Shown here piece after piece: positions 24,216 through 36,524 of a stretch of DNA of 64,000 nucleotides. Position 1 is the stretch's first letter. Every line of letters starts with the position of its first letter. Origin of the DNA: Heteronotia binoei (taxonomy: Eukaryota); the NCBI RefSeq assembly GCF_032191835.1, contig NC_083232.1:69688001-69752000 (forward strand), in the 5' to 3' direction. Made by a program: the position numbers and the translations under genes. The notes under the pieces are model-generated. The model saw only the letters and a list, made by a program, of their open reading frames with translations, ran no database searches and was not told the origin of the DNA.

Positions 24216-25036
24216 GGCTTTCTTTATAATTAAAAGGCAAGGTAAAAATGTACTCCATAAATAAATGAGGGATTTCAGGTTTCATTTTTAAGCTTCTAGC
24301 TCTCTTGGCTGAGCAGAAAAAACAAAGACTATAATAGCTCAAGGATCTGATGAGTTGATGGAACGTGAAGCTACCAAATGCTCCCATCAAGTGCAATTGC
24401 AACTTCGTTCAAATAGTGTTAAGGATACATCATCACTATTAAAAATGAACAATCTTTTCTTGCATAATACTATAACACACACACACACACCAGCCTACCA
24501 AGTAGAAATGGATGTCACTTATGGTTGTGGCAGCTGAGAGAAAAGATGGCAATGTCTAGCCCTTTTGACATACACATCCAAAAGGTTTAAGAATTTCACC
24601 ACTACCCTCAGAAGATTTTATATCATCCAGCCCCTGCACTAATGACTGGATCACGAAAGCTCAAGGAACATTTTCCTCAGGATAAATTCAAAATGCCTTG
24701 CGAACTAGGCAGGAATCAAGTTTGTATTAAAGAAAAACAGGTTAACAAATTTTAAGGAGTTTGAGGGATAACAAGCTGCATATTTCATTTTGTTTTGCTG
24801 TTTGATGACTATCTGCTTTTCTAGGGGCTGGAAAACATACATGCTTGCAGTCACATGGACATACAGAAGATTAAACTGGGATGCAAGCAGGGAAAGCTGC
24901 AGGAATTCCTATTATTACATTGTGCACTGGCTATACTCATGTATATATATACTGCAAGTTAACACTTTTGTTTCTTCACATAATTACAGGGGCACATATA
25001 GATGAACACATGGAAAAGTAAGCAAAAGAAGTAGCC

Positions 25037-25285
25037 CAGGGGTGGCCAAACTGTGGCTCAGGAGCCACATGTGTGGCTCTCAAAGCCCCCACTGCCATGT
25101 TGGCTGGCTTGGAGAATGCATGCAAAGTTAAAGTTGCTTTCTTTCCACATCTCTTTTCCTCCGCTCTATTTTCTTTCTTTCCTGTCTCGTGGCTCTCAAA
25201 CATCTGACGTTCAAGTCTTGTGGCTATCAAACATCTGACATTTATGCTATGTGCCTCTTACATTAAGCAAGTTTGGCCACCCCAG
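25037..25285. mobile_element. hAT-like MITE, family A, in RPL14 intron 5
   Basis: TIRs caggggtggccaaact / agtttggccaccccag; TSD aagtagcc / aactagcc. Confidence 0.85.
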
Positions 25286-25413
25286 AACTAGCCCCAAGAC
25301 TGTACATTTGAAAATAAAAAGTGACACTGGAAGATAAACCACACTCCAAGAACAAAGACAGACAATCAGTAGATCCTGCATTGTTTTTTGTAATTTATAT
25401 GCAGTTTACTCAC

Positions 25414-25467
25414 CATTTTCTTGGCCTTCATGACCTTGTAACGATCAAAATCTGTCATCTTGGCTTT
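25414..25467 (-). CDS. RPL14: RPL14 exon 5 (KAKMTDFDRYKVMKAKKM)
   Basis: 54 nt, AG/GT boundaries, conserved eL14 peptide. Confidence 0.96.
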
Positions 25468-26638
25468 CTACGGGAAGATATTAAAAAATGAACAAAATTT
25501 AAATTTAATTTGTAAGAACTTTAAGCATTTTTACAAAGTAAGCTGCTGTCACAGAGTTTGAAGACAGTGGTTTTGAACCCAACAAGACAGACATCAATCT
25601 CACTCATCCTAATTAACATTTGGGGCATTCTTCTGAAGGGGTGAAGAAAATTTATGTAGAGTTCTCCTCTCCATTAATGTTTTTTTTACTTGACCATTTC
25701 TGTCTGAATATTATAAAGAAATGTACCAGAAAGGTTATGTCAGTGTCTTCGATACTGTAGCACTAATTATTGTTAGGATGATGGTCATCTTTGATTCCCT
25801 CCTTTTTCACCACCACCATAAAGCAAAAATGACTATCAAAAGGAACGTCTTCACTTCAAGCTAAAGCCTACAATTTAAAATCTGCCCCAGTGAGTTAACA
25901 TAGGTTAAAACTAACTGTTTTTAACAATTATAATACAAACAGCAGCAAATGCATAATTTTAATACAGCATGTTCTATGGCCGCTACCACTGATGCTATTG
26001 TTTCTATTATCTTCTAACTGCTGTGTAATGTTGCTGTCATACACAAAAAGCTTTTAAGAACAGTATAGACACAAGACTCATCTAGTATAGACACAAGCCC
26101 TATCAGTTACACCATAAAGAGCATTAAAGTGTCCCTGAATGTGTAGCATTGAAGTAGTGCTTTTCCTGGAAATTCAAGCACCACGTGTTATAAAGGGCTC
26201 CAAAGAGCCAGCACATCAAAAGCAAATGGCTTTAGCTGCAGAATATTTTCATCTACTGCCATTGTGGAGGACATGAAGAAAGACTCAGGCACCTCTCTAT
26301 AGTGAATGAATCGCATTATTATAGGGTAAAGCTTTTATCCTCCAAGTTATGATTGTCACTGATAAGCTTAACAAATGGAAGGCAGGAAGCAACCACCTAA
26401 GAATCCCCTTCCTGAGAACATTTTTAATGGAACTGTCATGAGTTTGGGTGGGTGTGCATTTAGTTCATATCAGTTACTTTGGGAGACCACTTTGGCTGAA
26501 AAGCAGTCAAAATATAATACAGCAATAACTTTTTGTTGTACTCCTGAAGTGAACTGCATACTTTTAGTTGCCCGAGCAGCTAACTCAGCAACAATTTAGT
26601 TCTCAACAGTGTTATTTTATGCTATTTTTAAAGCATAC

Positions 26639-26738
26639 CTTCTTCCTGGCCTCAATTTTCTGTGCCCATCTTGTGGCTTTCCATTTCTCATTAATATTTT
26701 CTTTCTCCCAGGCAAGACGCACAAACTTCTGGCGAGCA
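26639..26738 (-). CDS. RPL14: RPL14 exon 4 ([33 protein letters not shown])
   Basis: 100 nt, AG/GT boundaries, phase consistent with neighbours. Confidence 0.96.
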
Positions 26739-27474
26739 CTAGATTTTTTTAAAAAGACACACATTTGTTATTGTAGAGAGAGGCTTCTGGTTTCAATTTA
26801 CAAATCAGTCTCAAAAATTCAATTATGTCAGGCACTAAAACACATTGCTTTAATCTCTCCAGTTTACTTTTTTAAAGTAGCAATAAAATGGCAGTTGATA
26901 GTGACCAATTTCTTCATTAAATGCTATCCTTCCATCTACAATTACGTCACATTACAGGTCTCTAAGCAGACACAACTGCATCACATCAGCCCATCTCAAT
27001 GGACCCAGCGATGCTTCTCAAAAAAACTCTAAACACATTATCAGTTTGAGGTGTTCCCTGGCATACGCAACGTGTTAAGACCTGCTTTCAAACTGGGATC
27101 TTTAACTCAAATTCGGAGACAGGTTTCTGGCTGCATTCAATTGGCCATGTATTTACCCACTCCAGTTGGGATAACATATTAACACTGGTTTTAACCACAA
27201 TAACATTTTGCTTTGAAAACTGAACATAAAATACTGGATAATAATTGTATCAGAACAATTTTCAGGCTGATGCCCTGAAAAGACTTTTGCTATTTTCTAA
27301 AATATTCTATCAGCATTAATTTTAGACATATAAAATCTTAAAACATTACAAAATGCCCTGTGACAGGACAGAACATAAACCATATAATTTATTCCACAGC
27401 AGTGATTATAATGTAAGCAAGTCAGTATCGGGCCAACTTAAAGAGATTGACTTTATGCTACCAGGGTAACTAAC

Positions 27475-27569
27475 CTATGAGGGAACTTGAGAACGAAGTC
27501 AGTCAGTTGCATGCACTTGAACGGCATAGCCTGTCTTCTGACCCCACTGCAGGGACCATCTACCAATGC
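27475..27569 (-). CDS. RPL14: RPL14 exon 3 ([31 protein letters not shown])
   Basis: 95 nt, AG/GT boundaries; not visible in the ORF track. Confidence 0.96.
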
Positions 27570-28343
27570 CTGGAGATGGGGAGGATAAAACTGATTAGAT
27601 TCTCAACATTATACCAGACAATCCTTGCCCTCTCTTCAACAGAAAAAAAAAAACTAAATTATTCTAAGTCAACCTACAGGAAGTTCAGAACCACTAGTTT
27701 TTAAATACGGCAGTATCCCCCTTTCCTTTTATCTCCCTCAATCCTCATCTGGTTTCCACTGCTACAAAAGACAAGCATCACCTTAAAGCCCACATAACTT
27801 CCCTTGCCACCCCTCCTCATAAAACGCCAATGACACAAACCAGAACACCAACATGAATGTTTTAAAAATAATAAAAACAACCATTCAACTAAGAATGTGG
27901 TCTGATATAAGAATTCTTATGGTTCTGTTTTTGAGTCTTACATTTGTAGAACAGGTCTGGAAAAAGAAATACTGTCCTCCTGAGCTAGTGAGATTAGGCA
28001 GTGAAGAAGCTGTTGAAAGGGAGGTAGACTATATACATGGTCTGCAAGTTTATTTATACTAAAACTACCATGCTAAAGGAACTTTATACATTCTCAATGC
28101 CATAAGCTATGCCTAGCCGAGACAAGTAACTGCTGCTACAAAAGAGATCAATATCAGCTAAACTGGTGTATAGAACTGAGTCAGTTTCTGGGGCATCACA
28201 AGCCTACCAATATAAGCTAAAACACATCTAACAAAAAAGATCAAGTATAAACATAAACAACCGAAAGAGGAAAAACAAGAAGATGGGTTATTAGGAAAAC
28301 AGACAGCAGTGTCCTCTCTAATCCTGAAGCACTCCAAACTTAC

Positions 28344-28445
28344 CCTGTTCTGATCGATAACATCCACAATTGCTACCAGTTTGCCCGCATGAGGCCCAAA
28401 GGAAATATAGGCCACTCGACCAATCTCCACATAGCGTTTGAACAC
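28344..28445 (-). CDS. RPL14: RPL14 exon 2 ([34 protein letters not shown])
   Basis: 102 nt, AG/GTAAG boundaries, KOW-containing eL14 N-terminus. Confidence 0.97.
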
Positions 28446-29841
28446 CTTAATGGGATAGAACATAATTTTTCAAGTCTCATATCACAAGCCACATATCAGA
28501 ATTCTATTAACTTTGACCACACCAACATTGAAAAACAGTGGGCCTGAAGCAGCACAAAACATTAAAAGTAGAATTTCCTGAAATGGATAACCTGAACTCC
28601 AAAAAGTAACAAGTTTAATGAAATTTATATATCTAGCATATGTTTAATCTCTCCAAAGAGCTCACCTTTGAAGGAGCTCAGGCTAAATGTGATTGGCCCA
28701 AGTTCTCCCCAGTGAGCTTCACAGCAGAATGGGAATCTGAATCCAGATCTCACAGACTGTAGCCAAACTTTTAGCTATTATTAAACTATAATGGCTCATG
28801 AAGGCACAAAGGAGACAAACACTGCTATGTGCTTAGTAACAAGAGCAAAGACCTACTGATATATTTAAGTTATCTACTGCAATGATTGGAAAACAGGTCC
28901 TTTTGCATTAGATGCATGTAATGTGAAGTGTGTTGTTCTTCAGTGACTTTAACTGCTAATGGTGCAATATTAAGCAAAGTTATACCCTCTTAACCGAAGT
29001 CAGTGGGCTCAGAAACTTAATTCTACTCAGGACTAGACTGTAATGCACCCTTTTCACTTGGAGAGAACAGCTGCCCAGCACAGTCAGAATGAGAGGATGA
29101 CATGGGGGGGGGGAGGGGAAGACGGTCTGGCTATCTACCTCTCCCCCAATGCGATCTTTTCCACCACAGCACATTATACCCTATCAATGCTATTGCTACC
29201 AACGGCCCGCGAAGAATGCCTGCAAATCCTTTGTACGAGGTCACCGGGGAACCTTACATCAGTCACATTCAGGCTAACCTACTTCAGAAAGTTATGATAA
29301 AAAAGAGAGGAGCTGATCTGAGCTTCTTCGATCATACAGAGAAAATCTGAAGGGTGCATACGAGGCCCGAATCTGCGAATGAATGAATGGGAGATGCATT
29401 GCCCAAAGGCCTTCAGCATTTCGACGCTGTTATGTGTGTTTAAATCCGGCTCTCTCCGTTTCAAAGCCCGCAACGAGCTACCACCCGTCAGGGTGGAGCT
29501 GGGAGCGGCAGAGGAGCCCCCGGCCACGGCATAGTCTCAGTGAGCGCGTAAAGCGAGGGTCAAAGGTCGCCAGCATCTCCAACCTTCCTCGACTGACCCT
29601 CTGCATCATACCCCCCCCCCCAACAGGACCTGCCACCCAGTTCTCATCTCAGGCGCAGCGAAAGAGCTTCCTCACGTGCTCCTGAGACGACCCGTATTTC
29701 CCCGTCCCTCCTTCTGCTCGCCGCCGTATCCATCGCCCCGCACCCCCATCTCATGAAGAACCCTTTCCCCTTCCTTCTCCCGCTCCGAAAACCGCGAAGG
29801 AAAAGCTCCACAAGGTAGGCCTCAGCCACGCTCGCGCTCAC

Positions 29842-29844
29842 CAT
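29842..29844 (-). CDS. RPL14: RPL14 exon 1 coding part (ATG only)
   Basis: gccatcATG|gtgag; an ATG-only first coding exon as in mammalian RPL14. Total CDS 426 nt = 141 aa plus stop. Confidence 0.92.
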
Positions 29845-29867
29845 GATGGCCACCCCACGAGCCGACC

Positions 29868-29935
29868 GGAAAAAGGAGAGAAAGAGTCGTTTCCGGTTGT
29901 CTTAACCAGATCACGGCCAAGTGCGCAGGCGCAGA
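29868..29935 (-). promoter_or_regulatory. RPL14: RPL14 TCT/5'TOP core promoter with ETS(GABP)-like and NRF1-like sites
   Basis: Pyrimidine tract CTCTTTCTCTCCTTTTTCC (29886-29868), CCGGAA at about 29891-29896, TGCGCAGGCGCA at 29922-29933; CpG island about 29400-30250. Confidence 0.85.
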
Positions 29936-30439
29936 CCGGGGCGTAGAGGCGGTGCCTAGCTGGATTCGAAGAGGGAACTCCGCAAAGTCTGGAAGCGCGC
30001 ATGTTCAATTTCCACCACCTAGCTAGCACGCATGCGTATGCAGCATAGTGCGGTGCGAGAGTGAAGCCTGATTCTTACCCTAGCTCTGCGTGGACGTCAG
30101 AAATGATTAGGCGCATGCGTGTCTGTGGAAATTAAATGAAGAGTTACGGGTCTGATCAGATGGTGGAGCTGTGTCGCACAACGTATGAGCGTCGGGCAGT
30201 GCTGGACAGCAGTAGGTGGCGATATCAGCGTGTGTTCTTTGCTATTAAAAGTGGCCTGTCTGATTGTCAGGCGCTGGTGCAAGTGATCTTGTGAACAAAG
30301 TTCATTGTGAAAATTTATCAACAATCACGTGTATACCTTGCTCTTATTGCTTGTCGGAGTTCTTGAGAAGTATTAATAACGTTGCAATAAAAACAAAATA
30401 AACCCCGCTGGACTCAGCATTTGTTCTACTTCTAGTCAA

Positions 30440-30545
30440 AATTTGTTCTGGTCTCTCTGAAGAAGTGTGCGTGCACACGAAAGCTTATACCTGGAATAAA
30501 ACGTTGTTGGTCTTAAGATGCCACTGGACTCAAACCCAGAACAAA
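30440..30545 (+). mobile_element. Penelope-like element pseudo-LTR remnant
   Basis: ctgaagaagtgtgc..gcacacgaaagcttat...aataaa...tcttaagatgccactggactc; flanked by a 10-bp inverted repeat (tttgttctgg / ccagaacaaa). Confidence 0.7.
30451..30492 (+). ncRNA. Minimal type-I hammerhead ribozyme motif (helix I degraded)
   Basis: CUGAAGA at 30457-30463, extra A, helix II GUGUG/CACAC, GAA, palindromic AGCU, predicted cleavage after U30486. Confidence 0.6.
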
Positions 30546-31019
30546 ACAGTAATAACAAAACAGTTTTTAAAAACCCAAAGAAGAATCCCGCCAAGAGGTA
30601 AAACGATTCCCTCCAAAGAACAATCATAAAATGTACGGCATTCATTTTCCCTTAGTTTCTCAGACGGCCCAAGACGTACCCCAGCCCTAAACCAGTCTGT
30701 TTGTCTTCTCTTCCCGAGACGTAGTAAAGAAAAAGCTTTCCTCGAGTCGCACCTAAGCAAGTTTTCGCGCGGGAGGCGCTGCCGAGCAGGGTTGGGTAGG
30801 AAAAGGCAGTTCTTCAAGACTACCTAGTTTATTGTGGCCAGTAGGGAAATGATCTCTCTTTTATATCCAGAAAACAATGGAATATTGCAGCCTCTTGGAG
30901 AATAACTAATTTACTGGGACCTTCACTCTTGTGACAGATGTGTGAAATTCCACAGGCAGATATACATATAATTTACTTACTTAATTTATTCCTCCCATTT
31001 TCTCTCCCCACCTCAGAAC

Positions 31020-31560
31020 CGAAAACAGCTTGCCTCATTCTCCCCTCCTCTGTTTTAATTCTCTCAAGAGTCAACACTCTTGTGAAGTAGGTTAGGTTGA
31101 GCATGTGTGACTGGTCTTAGTTCAACCAACAAGCTTTTAAGGCAGTTAACAGGGATGCCAGCAGCCAGCTTCCCATAGTACCTGGGGAATCCCCTGGAAT
31201 TACAGCTCATCTCCAGACTACAGAGATCAGTGCCCAGGCTGCTTTGGAGGATGAACTCTGTGGCTTTGTACCTCACCCAGACCCCTGTCCTCCGCAGGCT
31301 CCATCCCCAAATCTCCAGGAGTTTTCCAGCTCCCACACCCTGCTGGTGGCCAGGAGGGATCTGGCAACCGTATTTGGAGGAAAGACTCTATGGCATTATA
31401 CCCTGTTGAGATTCCTCCCTTGCTCTCCCCAAGTCCCACCACCCCTATATCTCCAGAAATTTCTCAAGCAGGAGTTGGCAACCCTAATGGCAGAGGGGGA
31501 TTTGAACCTGGGTCTCTCAGATTTTTGTTCAACACTCTAACCATTGGACCACACTGGTTT
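31020..31560 (-). mobile_element. tRNA/CORE-type SINE interrupted by family-D MITE sequence (about 31150-31487)
   Basis: SINE halves on both sides of two tggcaacc-terminated MITE units. Confidence 0.6.
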
Positions 31561-32177
31561 TCAAGAGGCTAAAACAGTTATTGAGAAAATAGTTGGGACA
31601 CCTAAAAAGAGATACATGAGTTGGTGGTATTGGAGGCATTCTGTATGATCAATTGGGAGGGCACTGCTGTATATTTTATTGGCTGCTTTTGATGTTGTTT
31701 TTAGTTGAGCTTTTTAAAAAAATATTTGGATCGTTTTGCTTGTTTCCTGCCCACCCAGCTGAGGACAGGGTTGGCTTCTTAAACTTCCAAGTCAAAACAA
31801 TACTACAAAAACCAGACATTCATAAATGACCAATATAAAAACAAACTATTAAAAAGAGCACTCAACAACCTCTGAGCATCCAAACATATATCCATAAAAT
31901 AGACCTAATTGAGTCCAATGTGCTTAAGGTGGGATTTAGAGTTGTACTGTTGTACTAAACATTGATACTCTGGAATAGGTCATCCCTATTGAAGTTAGCT
32001 CGCTACAAAAACTAATGGTTCCTGTTTACAGGTACACTATTCAGATTTGTCCTACTTTGCCCATTCATCAACTGCTGAGAATAATCAGTTTACACTTTTA
32101 TCTTCTTTTCCTCTGTTCTCTGCAATGTAACATAATACACTTATCTGCTAAAAATGGTGCTTTCTGGTGTTTTCTGC

Positions 32178-32478
32178 CCCATGGCGCAGAGTGTTAAAGC
32201 TGCAGTACTGCAGTCCTAAGCTCTGCTCACGACCTGAGTTCGATCCCCAGCAGAAGCTGGGTTCAGGTAGCTGGCTCAGGTTGACTCAGCCCTCCATCCT
32301 TCCAAAGTCAATAAAATGAGTACCCAGCTTGCTGGGGGGTGGGGGGCGGGGAGTGTAGATGACTGGGGAAGGCAATGGCAAACCACCCGGTAAAAAGTCT
32401 GCCGTGAAAACGTGAAAGCAATGTCACCCCAGGGTTGAAAATGACCTGTGCTTGCACGGGGGATCTTTCCTTTTTTTC
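32178..32478 (+). mobile_element. Sauria SINE
   Basis: ccccatggcgcagagtgttaaagctgcagtactgcag ... ttgcacgggggatctttcc. Confidence 0.85.
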
Positions 32479-32554
32479 CTGGCCTCTCTTGGCACTAACA
32501 GGCCCTAGCCTTTTCTGCTGTTTGAAGTTTATGTGTATCTCTCTGCCTACTTAA

Positions 32555-32645
32555 CACTTCATGCGTCTGACTCATGAAAGCTTTAGGCCACAATAAATGT
32601 GATAGTCTTTTAAGTTACTACAATGTACTCTGTTATTTTGGCCAC
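32555..32645 (+). mobile_element. Penelope-like 3' remnant with deleted hammerhead core
   Basis: gcgtctga-ctcatgaaagcttt...caataaatgtgatagtcttttaag. Confidence 0.5.
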
Positions 32646-32959
32646 TCCTCTGTAACTTAGGCATAGGTGTTCTCTGATTTTCACAAATGCACCAGACACA
32701 GATCAGCAGGCAAGACTTTTCCCATCCCTGTCTTTAAAGAGGGAAAACATTCATCTCCTGACGCCTGCTCATTATGCAGCTAGTAAAGGGACCTCTGCTT
32801 TCAACGAAGCTGACTCCTCTATATAAGCTGAGAAGACTCTTATGGCAGGAAGCATGCTTTTTATTTTAGGTCAAAGAATTATTGGACACGTTCAGTTCAG
32901 TTCCTGTATTGGCATAAATTGTTGGCATATATTTTTTTAAGCAACTCTGTAATATGAGG

Positions 32960-33280
32960 TGCAGGAAGATTGTCTTGCTTCATTATTATCCATTGTGTAC
33001 TGAATCTTATATTTGTACCATTTTACATTCTAAATCACTGCCTATCAGATTTTACTTTACTGTAATTGGTTCTTAAATCTGTACCATTTTGCATTCTGGG
33101 CCACTGTGTACTAGCTATGTATGGCTCTGCTCACTGTGCCAGATTCCTCATCTGATGAAGTGTGCTTAGAAAGCACACGAAAGCTTACGTTCTGAATAAA
33201 ACTAAGTTTGTCTTAAAGGTGCAATCGACTCCTATTTTGTTCTGCTACTTCAGACCGCGGCTGCCTACTTGGATCTACCC
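32960..33280 (+). mobile_element. Penelope-like element pseudo-LTR
   Basis: Ends ...aataaaactaagtttgtcttaaaggtgcaatcgactcctattttgttctgctacttcagac...; contains a hammerhead motif. The 5' boundary is approximate. Confidence 0.7.
33140..33194 (+). ncRNA. Minimal type-I hammerhead ribozyme motif
   Basis: CUGAUGA at 33152-33158, extra A, perfect 8-bp helix II GUGUGCUU/AAGCACAC, GAA, AGCU palindrome, cleavage predicted after U33186; helix I has one A-C mismatch. Confidence 0.72.
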
Positions 33281-34274
33281 ATTGCGTATGTTGCACTTTG
33301 TTTCTATACGATCCCCAGAGATGAAGTGTGCATGAATGTTTGAAATCCAATGTGTGTGTGATTTTTTTTTCTCCCATAGTTGTTGTTTAACCCAAAAATC
33401 ACTTGAACCATGGTCAGCCCTTACAAAACCATTATAAAATAAAAACAGTTCTTGGAAGTAGTGGGCATCTTTCAGTTGATTTTGCAGCCTGTCTGATCAC
33501 GTTGCTCACACATAAGCCCGTTTTGTGGAGGTCAGAAGGTTGATTTGCTTTGTGACCTCCATTTGCAGTCTGCCGTCAGAAACCTTGTCTTGGGATAACA
33601 AAATCTGAAGCTCCATCTATTTCTTATGTTATTGCATTAATTAGATGTCTCTTCTTTTTGCGATTAATAAGCAAATAATATACTACATACTAAAGCACTA
33701 TAATACCCTACTGCTTCATTTCATTATTTGTTCTCTTCTGACTTATTCTCCAGTCCCTGAGGCCACAAAACACTGGACCACCCTTAGGTGACCAGAGACT
33801 TTGGAGTAAACCCCATTATCCTTAATTGGACATTCCATATAATCATGTGTACCATTGTATTATGTGTAGTGCAGTTTTGGGTACAAGGGACTAGAAAACC
33901 AAGAATGATATCAATAAACAGGACATGGGCTTTTTTGTGACATGATGAAGTCCTTGGAGTTGATGTTTTCCTAGGCTTGCACTGACTTGACTGCCTAAAT
34001 TAAAGCTCAGTAAATATAATTCAGCATCAATAGCTATTTTCCCCTTCTGATCTTCCTAAAGTCCGTCACAGTAGAAATGGCTGCATTGCCAAGCTTCGAT
34101 AATTATCTCTTCCATACCTCCTCCTGGGACATCTTTGCACTACACGTTGACTCACCTGGAATAAGTACAATGACTTGGTTCTTACAGTCACCATAGTGGA
34201 TTCAAATACCCACTTCACATGAACCCCGAGTGAGTAAATACTTTCTTTACAAACTTATTACAGATGCATAGGAA

Positions 34275-34570
34275 TATAAAAACATAAGAGAAGCCATGTT
34301 GGCTCAGGCCAATGGCCCATCCAGTCCAACACTCTGTGTCACACAGTAGCCAAAAAAACCAAGTGCCATCAGGGGGTCCATTCAGTGGTGCCAGGACACT
34401 AGAAGCCCTCCCACTGTGCCCCCCAAAGCACCAGGAATACAGATCATCACTGCCCCAGATAGAGTTCCAACAATACACTGTGGCTAACAGCCACCAATGG
34501 ACTTCTGCTCCATGTGTTTATCCAATCCCCTCTTGAAGCCATCTATGCTTGTAGCCGCCGCCACCTCCTG
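34275..34570 (-). mobile_element. CR1 LINE 3' end (same subfamily as 50853-52651)
   Basis: aacataagagaagccatgttgg...tgcttgtagccgccgccacctcctg, closely matching the 3' end of the longer copy. Confidence 0.85.
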
Positions 34571-35515
34571 ACACAGACTTATCAAAGGCTCTGCTGCATG
34601 TGTCCATATTTACTGGTGGGTGGCCAAAAGGGACCACCTTTTTTGTGTTGGCTATTTGCTTGTGAGACTCTGTTCCTACTGCTATAGACCTGCCAATTTC
34701 TTTAAGTTTTAGGCTCTAGGTTGTCTTGAGCTTTTAATTACATGTTTTTGCATCTATAAATATGGTCAATTTTGCTCTCTCTTTTAATTGCTTGGGTTTT
34801 ACTGCTGCTAAATTATATGCTATTTTTTGCTGTTAAATTAAAATTTTTAAATATTTTCAAGTGCTGCCTTTATTGTTTTAATTATATCACTGCCATTAGT
34901 TTTATTGGGTTTTCTTGACTGTACTTCATTACTGGTTTTGTTCTTGATTGGGAGATGGTGTATATAAAGAAAGAGATAGCCCTGCTTTAAGAGTCCTGCC
35001 GGTAAATACAACAGACTAAAGGACATGAAGGGATACCCTGTCTTGCTGAAAGTAAGGCTATTTCTACATGAGTTATCTGCCCCAGGTCAATGTTGCTGGG
35101 AAATGGATTTCTTTCCCCCCTGCTTCCCTACAGCGTCAAGATACATGGTTCCCCCCCCCCCCCATCTTTCTTAAATCTCCTTTGCTTCAAAGTTTAGGGA
35201 AAGATTATATTAAAGCCCGGATAAACTGCTGTGTGAGTGGGAAAATCTGGGTTTTTCTTCCCACAAGGTAGCTATATATCCCTAATCCTGTTTCTGCAGC
35301 AGCCATTTCTTCTCTCTGCCACCAGGGGGCCTTGGATTTTTTTTTTTTAAGCAGTAGAATGTTGTTTCATCAATATACCATTACACAACAATAGGTGGAA
35401 CAGGTTCTCTGAATGCCAAGCTTTTCTTTCTTTTTTAAAAAAAGTAAATTTATAGCCCTTCCCCTGGATGGAGCAACATGAAAGAAAAAGCATGTCTTGC
35501 CAACAGGGGCTGTGC

Positions 35516-35712
35516 TAGGGTTGCCAGCTCTGGGTGGGGAAATACCTGAAGATTTTTGGGGTGAGCCTGGAGAGGGTGGGGCTTGGGGAAGGGAGGGACC
35601 CCAGTTGGGCAGAATGTTGTAGAGTCCACCCTCCAAAGCAGCCATTTTCTCTAGGGGAACTGATCTTTCTTGTTTGGAGATCAGTCATAGTAGCAGGAGA
35701 TCTCCAGGTCCC
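35516..35712. mobile_element. hAT-like MITE, family D (right end degenerate)
   Basis: Starts tagggttgccagctctgggt; shared internal motifs. Confidence 0.7.
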
Positions 35713-36344
35713 ATACACATTTTTTTCATCGGATTTGATGACATTGGAACATGACTGCATACATTGAATCTACTGGAATCTACATGATTCATATGAACTG
35801 AGCATTCATATGAACTGAAACCTGAACTTCAATGGCTATATTGAGGATTGTAGTATTTGCCTGTCTTTCTTGTAATAAATGTATTTTATAATTACAGTAA
35901 TTTAGGTCATAAGAACCCTTTGGGTTTATGTTATTAGGCCAACTGGAAGTTGGCAACTCCAGGCTGTGGTGGTGGAGGAAAGTGCCATCAAGTCACAAGT
36001 GACTTAAGCCAGTCCTGTAGGGTTTAAAGACTTTTTCAGAAAGGAAGGAATTCACAGAACCTGTTACACCTATAGTTATAATGGTATATTGATATTCTAG
36101 TGCTGATTTTTTTTTAACTTGAAAAAGCCCCCGAGGCCCAGGGGAGGAGTGTGGTAGCCACTGCTGGGGAACCAGGATAGGGAAACCTGCCATGTGGAAG
36201 CCCCATTTCTGCCTGGCCTCGATGTCTTAAATTTGCATATAAGCTGGTTTTGTATAGTAATTTTTAAAAACTCAGTTAAGGGGGTCATCTTAACATTTTG
36301 AGTTGTGTTCCATTCAGGTAAGTATACCAGTAATCATTATGACT

Positions 36345-36482
36345 ACGATCTCACACAAACTAAATAATGCACTTTCAATCCACATTCAATGCATTTTCCA
36401 ACTAGATTTTGCCAGTTCACACAGTAAAATCCAGTTGGAAAATGCATTGAAAGTGCATTAATTAGTGTGTGTAATTGCAACC
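36345..36482. repeat. Palindromic MITE-like foldback
   Basis: 26-nt arms at 36385-36410 and 36426-36451 with 1 mismatch and a 15-nt loop; additional outer arms. Confidence 0.75.
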
Positions 36483-36524
36483 TCAGTGATTTGAGAGGTA
36501 TTTTAAAACAGGGCAGAAGCTGCA

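Noticed and set aside
24640-24664. ctaatga...cacgaaagctca hammerhead-like string
   Set aside because: Core G5 is missing and helix II cannot form; probably chance or a fully decayed remnant.
28158-28463. 101-aa ORF containing RPL14 peptide
   Set aside because: Only 28344-28445 is exon; the rest is intron read-through.
23912-29841. Intronic snoRNAs in RPL14 (e.g. GTGATGA near 24430)
   Set aside because: No convincing C/D pair with a terminal stem and no clear H/ACA fold by eye; needs snoscan, snoGPS or Infernal.
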